Part shown: piece by piece, positions 36,080 through 47,174 of the stretch | Position numbering within the stretch: the stretch's first letter is position 1 | Layout of the letters: every line of letters begins with the position of its first letter | Origin: Massalongia carnosa | Lineage: Eukaryota | Length of the DNA stretch: 64,000 nt | Direction of reading: 5' to 3' | NCBI GenBank assembly: GCA_965645245.1 | Contig: OZ287087.1 | Coordinates: 806,001 to 870,000, forward strand | Made by a program: the position numbers and the translations under genes | Notes under the pieces: generated by a model | Database searches by the model: none | Seen by the model: the letters and a program-made list of their open reading frames with translations, nothing else | Told to the model about the DNA's origin: nothing

Positions 36080-36600
36080 GATACGAAGTAGAACGCTCAT
36101 ATACCAAAGGCTACGAGGCAAACGCTCACATACCAGACGGCTACGAGGCGAAGACGCTCATACGAAGCAGAACGCTCACATACCGAAGGCTACGAGGCGG
36201 AGAACTTGCTCATATACCAAAGGTTACGAAGCGAAGACGCTCACATACCAGACGGCTACGAGGCGAAGACGCTCATACGAAGCAGAACGCTCACATACCG
36301 AAGGCTACGAGGCGGAGAACTTGCTCATATACCAAAGGTTACGAAGCGAAGATGCTCACATACCAGACGGCTACGAGGCGAAGACGCTCATACGAAGCAG
36401 AACGCTCACATACCGAAGGCTACGAGGCGGAGAACTTGCTCATATACCAAAGGTTACGAAGCGAAGACGCTCACATACCAGACGGCTACGAGGCGAAGAC
36501 GCTCATACGAAGCAGAACGCTCACATACCGAAGGCTACGAGGCGGAGAACTTGCTCATATACCAAAGGTTACGAAGCGAAGACGCTCGCATACCACAACA
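36080..36600 (+). repeat. 115-bp higher-order tandem repeat (about 4.5 units) in the C3 5' leader
   Basis: TACCGAAGG recurs at 36181, 36296, 36411 and 36526; subunits of 32, 18, 34 and 31 bp, each starting GCTCA. Confidence 0.92.
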
Positions 36601-36667
36601 GCTACAAGGCAACCCACCTTCCTACAACCCAAAGGCGTTGAGAACTCTTCGCCCAAAAAACCACAAA

Positions 36668-37624
36668 ATGTCAGACCGACGAGAAGAGCAGGAGAAGGCT
36701 CCCCGCATCATTCTCCAAGGCTCCGAGAACTATACATTATGGCGATCCTACATTCTGGGAGAGCTCAAGCAGAAGAACTGCGCCTGGGCAGTCACCGGAA
36801 AGCCAGAGCCAACGAAGGAGTCCGTCAGATCGGACATCATAGCCATGGGCTTCAAACCCACCGAAATGACGGCCCAAGCACTCTGGACTGCCCTCTCCAC
36901 CGAAATTAAAGAGCACCGAGCCTCCCTGAGCAAAGCGGAGGGCATCATCAAAAACTCCGTAGCCTCCAAACACCAAGCAGCTATCGAGGGCAAAGAAGCC
37001 AAGGAAATGTGGGAAAGCCTACAAACGAAATTTCAGCACATCTCTCCAATGAGCATCTCGCGACTCATCCTGGAGACCACCAAATTACGACTATCGGACT
37101 GCACAGACATTCACGAATATTGCAGCAAATACCAAGAGGCCTACGACACTGTGTGCGGCCTCATTCCCACAGATTCCGAGATCCCCGCAAAAGGAGCCGA
37201 GGTACTCCTGCAGGCAGGACTGCTCACTGGGATGGGAAACGAATACTCGGGGATCGTCTCTATGATGGAGACAGAGTGGAAAATGGGGAACACAAACATC
37301 GCCGAGAGCACTAAAAAGCTTATCCGGTTTGCAGAAATCAGGAAAGAGAACGACCAAACTCCAGGACATTCCGGCACACCCAAACAATCGGCACTCTTCA
37401 CCTCCAAACCACCAAAGCCTAGTAATCGAGCACCCCCGGGGACCTGCACAAACTCAGATTGCATCAAGAAGGGAAATACACAGCACTACACAGACCGTTT
37501 TTTCCTGAGATACCCCGAACTTCGGCCAAAACACTCGCTGCATCAGATGAGAACAAAAGGCTCTAGGCAAAACCTCCAAAGCCAGACAGAGAGCCCTTCC
37601 GAGACCCCGTCCCGCGAAAGTTGA
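36668..37624 (+). CDS. gag: C3 Gag
   Basis: First ATG after the repeat (MSDRREEQ...LQGSENYTLW), Copia gag-like; ends at TGA. Confidence 0.85.
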   Translation: MSDRREEQEKAPRIILQGSENYTLWRSYILGELKQKNCAWAVTGKPEPTKESVRSDIIAMGFKPTEMTAQALWTALSTEIKEHRASLSKAEGIIKNSVASKHQAAIEGKEAKEMWESLQTKFQHISPMSISRLILETTKLRLSDCTDIHEYCSKYQEAYDTVCGLIPTDSEIPAKGAEVLLQAGLLTGMGNEYSGIVSMMETEWKMGNTNIAESTKKLIRFAEIRKENDQTPGHSGTPKQSALFTSKPPKPSNRAPPGTCTNSDCIKKGNTQHYTDRFFLRYPELRPKHSLHQMRTKGSRQNLQSQTESPSETPSRES

Positions 37625-40600
37625 CAACCAAAGGTGCTAGCGGTCAAAGGGCCGAGAGACGCTTCCTGGCTGGTTGACAGCGCGGCGGACGTGCACGTGT
37701 GCAATGATCGAAGCTTGATGACTGAGTACCACGAAAAGCCTACCCGGATCGGAGGCTCAACTGCAGATGGGGTTTCACCAGGCCGTGGAAAGGTGCGCCT
37801 TCGCCTCAGCCTGAAAGACGGTCGCGAAGGAGTGATCCTGAACCTGAACAACGTGTTTTTCCTTCCCCACAGTCCTTCTAATCTTGTCAGCCTCGGCCTT
37901 CTTAACATTCATGGAATTTTCTATGATAATGAGAACGAGACACTCTATGATAGAAGAACAAAGGAAACCCTGGCTTACGCCGAAAGGTGGAGGACCAGCT
38001 TCCTTCTTCACCCTCTCAACCTCTCTGTCTCTGCAACTCATCTAAAGCAGATCGACGCCAACACGTACGAGTGGCCACCACACGCCTACAGGACCACCAC
38101 CTCATCAAAACTACCTCTCACCACCTGGCACAAACGACTCGGCCACCTCAACTTCCCCTCACTGAAGCAACATCTCCACAAACTGGAGATCGACTACTTG
38201 GACGACTCAGAAAAGTACGTGTGTGACAGCTGCCAACGTGCGAAAGCCACAAAAATCTACAACCGCCACGAGCCTCAGAAACGAGCAAGCGAGTCGTACC
38301 AGTTTATACACACAGACCTAGTAGGTCCCATCAACCCTGTTGGTTTTGGAGGGGAGAGATACTTCTTCACATTTACGGATGACTTCACGCGATATACCGA
38401 AGTGCACACTGGTGCCCGGAAAAGCGATTGGTTCAAATGTCTTAAGACCTTCTACAACCTCTGCAAAACCAGGTCATACAAGGAGAGACCAGTCGAACGC
38501 CTACGTTCAGATTATGGATCAGAACTGCAAAGCAAAAGGGTAGAGGAATGGTTTGCGAAGAAGGGCATCACTTTTGAACCCTCAGCACCGTACTCTCAGG
38601 AACAAAACGGCGTGTCAGAACGAATGGGAAGAACCATCATGGATATGACAAGAGCGACAATCCTAGAGGGAAGCCTTGATGACGAGCTGTGGCCTGAAAT
38701 TGTTCTTGCGATGACGTACGTCAAAAATGTTCGTCCCACGAAGGCTTTAGGTGGAGACAACCCCTACCATGCACAGCAGAAAATCCACCCAGATATCCAA
38801 CACCTCCGAGTGTTAGGCTCGACAGTGTACGTTCTCCTACACGAAGAGGAACGAGCCTTAAAGTCTGAGAAGTGGAACCCACGAGCCTTACGCGGTATTC
38901 TTGTTGGATACGATGGTCATACAATCTACAGAGTCCACATCCGAGAACAGAACAAAGTCATTCGCATCAAAGATCTCAGAATCTTTGAAGACTACGAGGC
39001 CAAGACGTCCACCGAGCTTCCTGAATACAAAAACACTCCCACCTTCTCAGGTTTCTTACTCTCCGATGACGATGACGAGGCGACGAGCGACACACAGATG
39101 TTGGATGTAGGCCGAAAGTTCAACAATGCAACAGGTGCCAGCGAGTCAACTCCCAGTAAAGTAACCCCTAGGAAGGGCCGAAAGGTCACTACTAGAGATG
39201 AAACTACTGGAGCGTCAAATGAAACTACGGAGACAAGGAAGTCTCGGTCTGGCCGAACGATAAGGCCTACACAAAAGGCTCAAGATCAAGATCTGATAGT
39301 ACATCTCAGCAAGCTGCTAGACCTTGACTGGGAACACAGCTCGGAGGAAAAAGCAAACGCGTTCCTGACAAACATCGAATGCGAGGAGGACGGCCATGAC
39401 GCAGACGACGACCCATACACAATCTTGACTTCGAGGCTCATTCAGGCCAACGCCCAAAGTAAAGGAGACTACGTCCTTGCCACCCAATTAGATGTCGAAG
39501 AACCTGAGTCATACAACAGGGCAATGCAATGCCCCCACGCCTCGCAGTGGGCACAGGCAATGAAAGAAGAAATAGACTCTCTACACGAAAACAAGACCTG
39601 GGTTCTCATACCAAAGAACGAGATGGAGTCAGGTCATCGACCTCTGGGGGGGAAGTGGGTGTACAAGGTCAAGCGTGATGTCGAAGGCAAAGTATCTAGA
39701 TTCAAAGCCAGATGGGTTATCAAAGGGTACCTACAACAGTTTGGTGTTGATTTCGATCAAACCTACGCATCCGTGGTGAAGCCAATGGCCTTCAGAACCC
39801 TGTTCGCCCTTGCCGCCTTCTTCGACCTGGACATCGACCAGATGGACGTAAAAACGGCTTTTCTCTATGGCCTCATTGATCAACTGATATATATGGAGAT
39901 TCCAAAGGGAACTGAGACAGAAGCCACAAAGAATATGGTTTGCAAACTGTTGAAAGCTATCTACGGCCTCAAACAATCTCCTCGCCTCTGGTACGAACGC
40001 TTTTCAGCCTTCCTCCTCGAGAAAGTAGGCTTGAAACGCATCCACGCAGACCACAGTATATTCGTATCGGGTGCAGGGCTGAAAGGTCCCGTACTCAGCG
40101 TCTTCGTAGATGACATCAAGATTATGGCGCCAAAGGACAGTGGGATAATCAAGCGAGTCAAAGCAGAACTCACAGCTGCATTCTCTATGTCAGATATGGG
40201 TCCCATCAGCTTTTACCTAGGACTGAGAATAGATCGGGATCGAAAGCAACGAACCATCAAACTGTCTCAACCGGCCTACATCGAAAAAGTGTTGGAGAGA
40301 TTCCATCTCGACAAAGCCAACCCCGTCAACACCCCGATGAAAGAATCTGTGCCACTCTCCCAACGCGAGGAAGGAGAAGCCTCACCACCAGAGAAGGAGA
40401 GATACCAAGGAATGACGGGGTCCATAATGTTCTCCATGGTAGAGACCAGACCAGATATTGCCTTCGCCACGTCCCTCGTAAGTCGCTTTGCCAAGAACCC
40501 GAGCCATCAGCACACCGAAGCAGTCAAAACCATCCTCAAATACCTCAAGGGCTCGAAACATCGAGGCATAACCTATGGGGGGGATGAAGAACTGAAAATC

Positions 40601-41155
40601 GAAGGCTATTCGGACTCGGATTGGGCAGGTGACAAGGACAGCCGGAAGTCAACATCCGGTTTCATCTTTATGCTGAACGGGGGACCGATAAGCTGGTGCT
40701 CTAAAAGGCAATTAACAGTTGCTCTCTCTTCCACAGAAGCGGAATACATCGCACTCACGCTGGCCGCCAAAGAAGCCACCTGGCTTCGTCTACTCCTCAC
40801 AGAGCTTGGGGTGTTGGAAGCGGACCAACAGCATGCTGAGATCAAGGTCTCCAACAAGAACTCGTGCGTACAAGCGATCGACAGAGACCTCAACAGCCTC
40901 AAGCCCAGCGACGGAGACCCCACTGTTTCACTCAAAGGTGACAACCAAGGATCTCTTGCTCTGGCACACAACCCAGTATTCCATGCCAGGACCAAACACA
41001 TCGATATCCAGCACCATTACATCCGAGACGAGGTGGAGGCAAAGAGAATCGAGTTGACCTACGTGCCAACTGGGGAGATGATCGCCGACGGCCTGACGAA
41101 GGCCCTAACGCACGCAAAGTTCCACACCTTTGTCGAACAGATGCAGATGACCTAG
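37625..41155 (+). CDS. pol: C3 Pol (PR, IN, RT, RNase H), in frame with gag after a single TGA
   Basis: WLVDSAA, WHKRLGH, SQEQNGVSER, FKARWV, VFVDD, YSDSDWAG, ADGLTKAL; no ATG before the protease motif. Confidence 0.93.
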   Translation, partial: QPKVLAVKGPRDASWLVDSAADVHVCNDRSLMTEYHEKPTRIGGSTADGVSPGRGKVRLRLSLKDGREGVILNLNNVFFLPHSPSNLVSLGLLNIHGIFYDNENETLYDRRTKETLAYAERWRTSFLLHPLNLSVSATHLKQIDANTYEWPPHAYRTTTSSKLPLTTWHKRLGHLNFPSLKQHLHKLEIDYLDDSEKYVCDSCQRAKATKIYNRHEPQKRASESYQFIHTDLVGPINPVGFGGERYFFTFTDDFTRYTEVHTGARKSDWFKCLKTFYNLCKTRSYKERPVERLRSDYGSELQSKRVEEWFAKKGITFEPSAPYSQEQNGVSERMGRTIMDMTRATILEGSLDDELWPEIVLAMTYVKNVRPTKALGGDNPYHAQQKIHPDIQHLRVLGSTVYVLLHEEERALKSEKWNPRALRGILVGYDGHTIYRVHIREQNKVIRIKDLRIFEDYEAKTSTELPEYKNTPTFSGFLLSDDDDEATSDTQMLDVGRKFNNATGASESTPSKVTPRKGRKVTTRDETTGASNETTETRKSRSGRTIRPTQKAQDQDLIVHLSKLLDLDWEHSSEEKANAFLTNIECEEDGHDADDDPYTILTSRLIQANAQSKGDYVLATQLDVEEPESYNRAMQCPHASQWAQAMKEEIDSLHENKTWVLIPKNEMESGHRPLGGKWVYKVKRDVEGKVSRFKARWVIKGYLQQFGVDFDQTYASVVKPMAFRTLFALAAFFDLDIDQMDVKTAFLYGLIDQLIYMEIPKGTETEATKNMVCKLLKAIYGLKQSPRLWYERFSAFLLEKVGLKRIHADHSIFVSGAGLKGPVLSVFVDDIKIMAPKDSGIIKRVKAELTAAFSMSDMGPISFYLGLRIDRDRKQRTIKLSQPAYIEKVLERFHLDKANPVNTPMKESVPLSQREEGEASPPEKERYQGMTGSIMFSMVETRPDIAFATSLVSRFAKNPSHQHTEAVKTILKYLKGSKHRGITYGGDEELKIEGYSDSDWAGDKDSRKSTSGFIFMLNGGPISWCSKRQLTVALSSTEAEYIALTLAAKEATWLRLLLTELGVLEADQQHAEIKVSNKNSCVQAIDRDLNSLKPSDGDPTVSLKGDNQGSLALAHNPVFHARTKHIDIQHHYIRDEVEAKRIELTYVPTGEMIADGLTKALTHAKFHTFVEQMQMT

Positions 41156-42100
41156 AGCCAAATCAGCACAGCCACACTACCTGGAGCCACAACCTACCAA
41201 TGAACCGATGCAACCAACAGCTGCTGATTCTTCCAGAAAAAACGAGATAAAAATCGATTCGTTAGCGTGGGCGATTCTTACGTAACTAGCGCATAGCTTG
41301 TGGGGGGGTGTTGGATACCAACCTATGGCGCTAGACATTATTATGGTCACGTGTAACAGTAGACCTATTCCGGTATGCGGCACGCATCCTGGACTAGGAG
41401 GATTTCAGACCTTAGAAGTAGAGTCATAGAATCATTAATATAACAACAATGAATAACCTCATACTTCTACAAGCCCGAGTTGTTGTTGGTCTCGCCACTA
41501 GCAGCGGCAGCAGCAGCAATAGCAGCGGCGGTCACGTCGGCGGTGTCCTCGCCGGGGGGGGAATCTTCGGGACTCGGTGGAGTTTTCTCCTCCCCTTCCT
41601 CATGATGGGGAGATGGGGTCGTCGAGGAATTCGATGATATTCGTGAATCCTCGTTAGGGGATTTAATCGATTAACTTGATTTTGACTTTTTTGTTCGCTC
41701 TAGTTTCAGTTGCGGGATAACCGAAGTTACAAGGAAGAGAATCGCAGCAACGCTTGACTCCAGACAGGTCCCGCGGCGCTGCAAACCCCAGCCCTATCCC
41801 CTCGCCATCCCAGTCGCCTATCCACCTGCACGACCAACGGGAGACCGATCGAACGAAGGCCGAGCGGGTCGAGGATGAGAGCTTCGAAGCGGCGAGATCG
41901 TCGACGGGACGAAAGGAGGCGGAACGGGCCAGGAAAATCATCGAGCTGAATGCGCTCAACAAGAACATCGAGAATGTCTATCATCTGCTGCACGCCTAGC
42001 GACAAGAATCCTAGATCAAACGCTCGAGAACAACCAATCACAACGCCCGGATCCCCCCGCACCGTCCGTGCTCGATGAAGCCGTACCATGGCCTTGGATA

Positions 42101-43434
42101 CAGTGGGTATGATTAAGTGTTCGGAAATTCGCGAAAAATCGCGTCTCCCAGAAACTCATCCTTTTCCCCTCATCGTCATCATGCCCAAACGAAGCCCATT
42201 AACCCTCATTGACCCCAATAAAACCCCTCGAAGGGAGTTATCTACGATCACTAAGGGCCAGATATCAGGCCTTGCTCGGGCGGGTTTTAATGCTACGGAA
42301 ATTCATCATCAACTGAACATCCCCCGCACCACTATTCAGAGCTTTTTGCAGAGGGAGCTCACCACCCTCAATGGCGAAAACAAACCCCGATGCGGTCGGC
42401 CTTCTGTTGTTACCACTCGGGCGGTCAGATCTGTGCTGCGATATGTTCGGGTCAATCCAAAAACGACTTGGAATCAGGCTAAAACAGTCTTGGGGTTGAA
42501 AATCTGCAGGCAGACGTTCAACAAGATGCTCAAGAACAATGGGATAGCTCATTGGATGGCTCTGAAACGGCCTGAACTGACCCCCGTCCTGGCAAAACTC
42601 TGGCTAAATTGGGCACGAAACACGAGGACTGGACGATGGAACAGTGGAAAACTGTCATCTGGTCAGATGAGTCCTCTGTGCGGAGAGGTGCGGGCAAAGG
42701 TCGTGATTGGTCTTTTGGGACTTTCGATCAGAAATGGGATCGAGATAAGCTTCAGGAAGGTCCCAAAGGTAAAGCGTTCAGTATATTGATATGGGGAGCA
42801 TTTTGGGGGTCGGGACGGTCGGATCTTTATCTTCTGGAGCGGGATTGGGAGTCTAAAAAGCAAGGTTATTCAGCAAAGTCCTACATAGAGGTTTTGGAGA
42901 ATAATTTGCTGGGGATATGGTCGCCTGGCCTTGTTTTCATGCAGGATAACGCCCCCATTCATGGGGCAAACAAAACAAAGGCGTGGTTTAAGGAATGGGG
43001 GATTGAGGTGATGGACTGGCCTCCCTACAGTCCCGATTTAAATCCAATCGAGAATCTTTGGGCTCTCCTCAAGAAGGAGGCCTACAAAGTTTATCCCGAC
43101 CTCAATTCTCTAGAGGGTAAGGGCGACGAGGCTGAATCGAAGCTGTTTGGCATTCTGCAGGAGGCATGGGGAAATATTCGTGAGGAGGTAATAGATGGAC
43201 TGGTTGAGAGCATGCCCCGCAGGGTCGCAGCACTCATCGCTGCGGAGGGATGGCATACGAAATATTAGCACCACCAGATTTGGATAGCAAAGTGAGCACA
43301 TACCAGTCGATAATTAGTGCAACTTTGGGCTATAAAATATTCGTTTTGGGGTGGAATAAACAAGGGAACAAATGCGATGTAAAAAGGATTTTTGGTTTTG
43401 GTGGGGTGTGCCGAAGACTTTTTCACAACTAGTG
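42101..43434 (+). mobile_element. Tc1/mariner transposon (second family) with one frameshift
   Basis: TA-CAGTGGG left end; degenerate right TIR (about 17/24, no TA); transposase 42181-43268 with WSDES, QDNAPIH and SPDLNPIENLW; frameshift near 42615. Confidence 0.9.
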
Positions 43435-44792
43435 ATGCTCAACGCGCGCCCCCACCGCCGCCCTGATTCGATCTCCCCAACCACCAGATCCCCGGCGCGT
43501 TTGGCCTATCTCCCTGTTAAGGGTGGGAACACGCCGCAAGCATACAAGCCGCAATACGCTCTGACCGCACTCGATCCGCGAGTCAGCGCAGCGCAGATGC
43601 CCCGAATCGCGCCTTATCAGCCTTCATCTGCGTAGGCTTCACCGGAGATGTCCCAGAACTTCATGAATAACGAATCGCAGCAGCTCGATGATCTCAAGAG
43701 GCGTTGTTATCCTCCAACCCTGATCACTGTTGATCCTTGTCTTCTTACTCGATTTCCTTCCGCGATCGCGCCTGCATCTGCGCCCGTGCCTCTATCTTCT
43801 CGCTCGCACGCCCAGCAACTACGAGCCGCCACCGTGGAAGAAGATCTCCTTAATCTTGACCTAGACCAAGGCCTGCTGTAGCGGTAGTATTATTCCCACG
43901 AAAGAAGTCGCCCCGACGAGAATTTGAAATCCGATCCCCAGGTGCATCAGGACCACATGTCTCCGCACCTGTCGAGCCAGTTGATGCACTTTTTCCAAGC
44001 GGAGACGAGTCGAGATGGAGAGCCTGAGGCCGCAAACGTCGGGTATAAGCCGTCGATGCTGGATCTTAATATAGGAGCCTGACTGTTTCGTACACATCGT
44101 ATTCCCGTATTCCGTCACATTTCTCCCTCTTCTCGCCTCGGAACGCATTTCCCCTTCACGCTCGTAACAGCCCTTGTCGTCCCTCCGACGTCCACGAACA
44201 CTCTCACACATTCAGCTCAATTCCAATTTCGGCAATCCACTCACTCCAAGTCCGCCACTAGTGCTAGCTCGCAAGCTCACCTCTTCCCGTATCTTTGCCC
44301 TTACAAACCCACTTCCTCCAGCCTAACCCACTGCCACCACTCTCCTCCACATAAATATCGCCCCTCTCGGCACGGCCCGTCACTCATCCTCATTCAGCTC
44401 GTCGTCGGCGGCCCTTTCCTGACGATCACAATCACCACGTCGACCACCACGAAGGCGGAGTAGATACTTGGTCATTCGCTTACGATGTATTACCGTTTCA
44501 TATTCATAATTTCATATTAATTGTTTCCGGACTCGGCATCTTTTGTCGAATGAGCCGATTCGTCGCGTGTTAGTCATCATGTAGAATCTAATCTGATCAG
44601 TTATGCCGAGTTAAGCGTACTAGGAACACTGCACAAGAGAATGTAAAGATGAACCTTGTATCATGCAGATTACGGCAGCTGACGAATCAGCATTCCTTCC
44701 TAGGTTGCTCAGACAACCGTGCATCCACAAAATTCTATCCAAGCATCTATTGCACCTAATTACACAGCGTTACGGACGATACTGGTCACAAC

Positions 44793-47096
44793 ATGTCTGC
44801 GAATCAGCCGTCGTATGAGGAGCTACTTCGGCGGCTTCAAGAGGAGGAGGAAAAGCGACAACGGACGGAACAAGAGCTCGAGAAGGAAAAGGAAGAACAT
44901 CAGGAAGAACATCGGCAGCTCGAGAAGGCAAAGGAAGAACTTCAGGAAGAACATCGGCAGCTCGAGAAGGCAAAGGAAGAACTTCGACCGATATCCTTGA
45001 CTGAAGCGCTCCACCTCTGGCACACGCTATATTCCAACCCAAAGATTTATGACCCGCCAGGCAAAATTGCACCCTATCATTTCACCAGTCCCATCCAGCG
45101 CCTTCGTCCACGGCGGATACGACCGTGGAATGATTTCACGGAGTTGCATCGACAAGCCTGGCAGGAGATCGTGAAAGTGGTGAACCGCGTGGAAATCATG
45201 CGGTTTGACCCCAAGTCCACATATAAGGCCGAGGCCAACCGCTTCATGCCCAAACTCGTCTTGCGGCATGAGGTTCATCTAGTGAGCTATCTGGAACGCA
45301 CCGTCGAGGATCATTTGGTCAACATCTTCGGACGGATCGGCTCGAGCATGACGTTTAACGATCGGGACAAGAGCTCATTGGCCGACGTCACGAACCGAAT
45401 CGAGCAAATGGACCTAGAGGATCGACCCACCACGCCCCCATCGCGCCGAAGGTTCGACAAAGTGTGCTCGGTGACAGAGGCCGTAGGCGAACGGCCGGTC
45501 CTGGTGGTGGAGTACAAAGCCGCACACAAGATGAGTCCGGCCCTCTTCCGCGACCTCCACCCGGAACAATCGTTCGAGTTAAACGAGATCATTCATCGGC
45601 ATAAAATCGCGGTGCAAGAGGATGAACGCCGACGCGAGATCGCAGAAGAGATAATGGCCATCATAATCACACAAACATTCGACTACATGGTAGATCAGGG
45701 GGTTTCATACGGATATGTGACTGGTGGCCACGCCTTTGTGTTCCTCCAGTACGATCCCAGCCATGCGGAGACGGTGTATTATCACTGTCAGACGGTTCAG
45801 CCCACCACGGGGGCTGAGGGCGGCGATGACTCTGGCGGCGACGACGACGACACGTTGCGAGAGACCGCGGTGGGCCTGGTCGCCGGATTTACACAACTCG
45901 CGGCGATTCACGGACAAGCCAAGGGATCGGGATGGATCAAGCGCACGCGCGAAACGCTGCCAATATGGATGGTGGATGATGCGACCATAATGTCCAGGTT
46001 CACGCCAAGCCCGGCCGGCGCCGTCACCAGCAAAGGCAAGACCATCACAGAAAGCCAGTCGCCCGCGTTTCGGGGAAAGGGGCCCTCATCGGATGGGTCA
46101 GATCGCGCTACGCGCAGCAAAACCAAGGCGAAAGTCAATCGGTGTGGTGAGGAACCAAAGAGCCAATGGGCGGGAGGGAAAAAGGAGGACGATGATGAAA
46201 AAGGCGAGGAGAACGAGGATGGAGCGCAGAAATCCAAAATACTGGCTCAGTCAGGCCAACGGCAGGCCCAATCCCCAGGATCGCTAAAAAAACGAGGCGA
46301 ACACGGAGCGGATACATACAGCAGCAGCAAGGGATCTCATAATGTATTGTATTGCACCCAAGCTTGTCTTCTGGGTCTGGTGCGAGGCGGGAAGTTGGAC
46401 GCACGTTGCCCCAATGTGCGAGCGCACCATCCTGCTGGAGGAACGGTTCGAGGTCAGCGTCATTTGATCGATCAAGGGGCCTTGGAACGGCTGCTGAGCG
46501 ATCAACTGAGGCAGGTGCCGCGGCACGAGGACTTTCAATCGCTGGATCGAAGCGGTTGGGCCGGAGCATTGTTCTGGATCCGGCTGCGGTCGCACGGATA
46601 CACGTTGGTCGCAAAGGGCACGGTGCCGCCTCTAGTGCAGGTTCTGCGAAAGGAGGCGCGGATGTACGGCCACATGCACGCCGTGCAGGGGCGGGCGGTC
46701 CCGGTGCATCTCGGCAGCATCGACCTGGCCCGACCGTTTTACCTGTGCAGCGGCGTCCTGATCGTGCACCTTCTGCTGCTGTCATGGGGAGGCGATGAGG
46801 TCACCCGCTGCGGACTCGACCCGGCCCGCCTGGAGCGCGAGATGGCCCGCACGGTCCGCGACGTCACGCGGCTAGGAGTCGATCAGGGGGACTTGCGCTG
46901 GCCGAATCTACTGTGGAACAAGGAGTTGAGACGCGTGTTGTTGATTGATTTTGAATATGGGACGATCCGGGAGGAGCGCAAGGGTCAGGGGATAAGGAAC
47001 AAGAAAAAGATAATCACGGACAAGACGGGAGGAAGAGAAGCGGTCGTGAATAAGAACGAAAAGATTATGATAAACAAACGAGTAAAGAATAATTAG
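44793..47096 (+). CDS. Spok: Spok-family spore-killer-like protein (coiled coil, PD-(D/E)XK nuclease, Cys/His cluster, kinase)
   Basis: Uninterrupted 767-aa ORF; heptad repeats; RIRPW; RFD...VEYKAAHK; TQTFDYM..GVSYGYV; YCTQACLLGL.RG..LD..CPNV..H; GYTLVAKGT; VPVHLG; GVDQGD...N.LWN; LIDFE. These motifs match Podospora SPOK proteins as I recall them. Confidence 0.88.
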   Translation: MSANQPSYEELLRRLQEEEEKRQRTEQELEKEKEEHQEEHRQLEKAKEELQEEHRQLEKAKEELRPISLTEALHLWHTLYSNPKIYDPPGKIAPYHFTSPIQRLRPRRIRPWNDFTELHRQAWQEIVKVVNRVEIMRFDPKSTYKAEANRFMPKLVLRHEVHLVSYLERTVEDHLVNIFGRIGSSMTFNDRDKSSLADVTNRIEQMDLEDRPTTPPSRRRFDKVCSVTEAVGERPVLVVEYKAAHKMSPALFRDLHPEQSFELNEIIHRHKIAVQEDERRREIAEEIMAIIITQTFDYMVDQGVSYGYVTGGHAFVFLQYDPSHAETVYYHCQTVQPTTGAEGGDDSGGDDDDTLRETAVGLVAGFTQLAAIHGQAKGSGWIKRTRETLPIWMVDDATIMSRFTPSPAGAVTSKGKTITESQSPAFRGKGPSSDGSDRATRSKTKAKVNRCGEEPKSQWAGGKKEDDDEKGEENEDGAQKSKILAQSGQRQAQSPGSLKKRGEHGADTYSSSKGSHNVLYCTQACLLGLVRGGKLDARCPNVRAHHPAGGTVRGQRHLIDQGALERLLSDQLRQVPRHEDFQSLDRSGWAGALFWIRLRSHGYTLVAKGTVPPLVQVLRKEARMYGHMHAVQGRAVPVHLGSIDLARPFYLCSGVLIVHLLLLSWGGDEVTRCGLDPARLEREMARTVRDVTRLGVDQGDLRWPNLLWNKELRRVLLIDFEYGTIREERKGQGIRNKKKIITDKTGGREAVVNKNEKIMINKRVKNN

Positions 47097-47107
47097 ATCT
47101 TTTTTTG

Positions 47108-47116
47108 TTATTATCC

Positions 47117-47174
<58 letters not shown>
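47108..47174. repeat. (TAT)n microsatellite just 3' of the Spok-like gene
   Basis: About 19 near-perfect TAT units. Confidence 0.95.

Larger units (their letters stand above)
35661..41471 (+). mobile_element. Apparently intact young Ty1/Copia element (C3)
   Basis: 163-bp LTRs 35661-35823 and 41309-41471, no differences seen; TSD AGCCC; PBS GGTTATGAGCCCGG; G-run PPT. Confidence 0.97.

Noticed and set aside
36057..36909. Arg-rich repeat proteins in three frames
   Set aside because: A consequence of a stop-free 115-bp repeat; the likely gag start is 36668
46135..46798. Overlapping or antisense ORFs in the Spok-like gene as a separate antidote
   Set aside because: GC-rich shadow frames without motifs; known Spoks encode both functions in one protein
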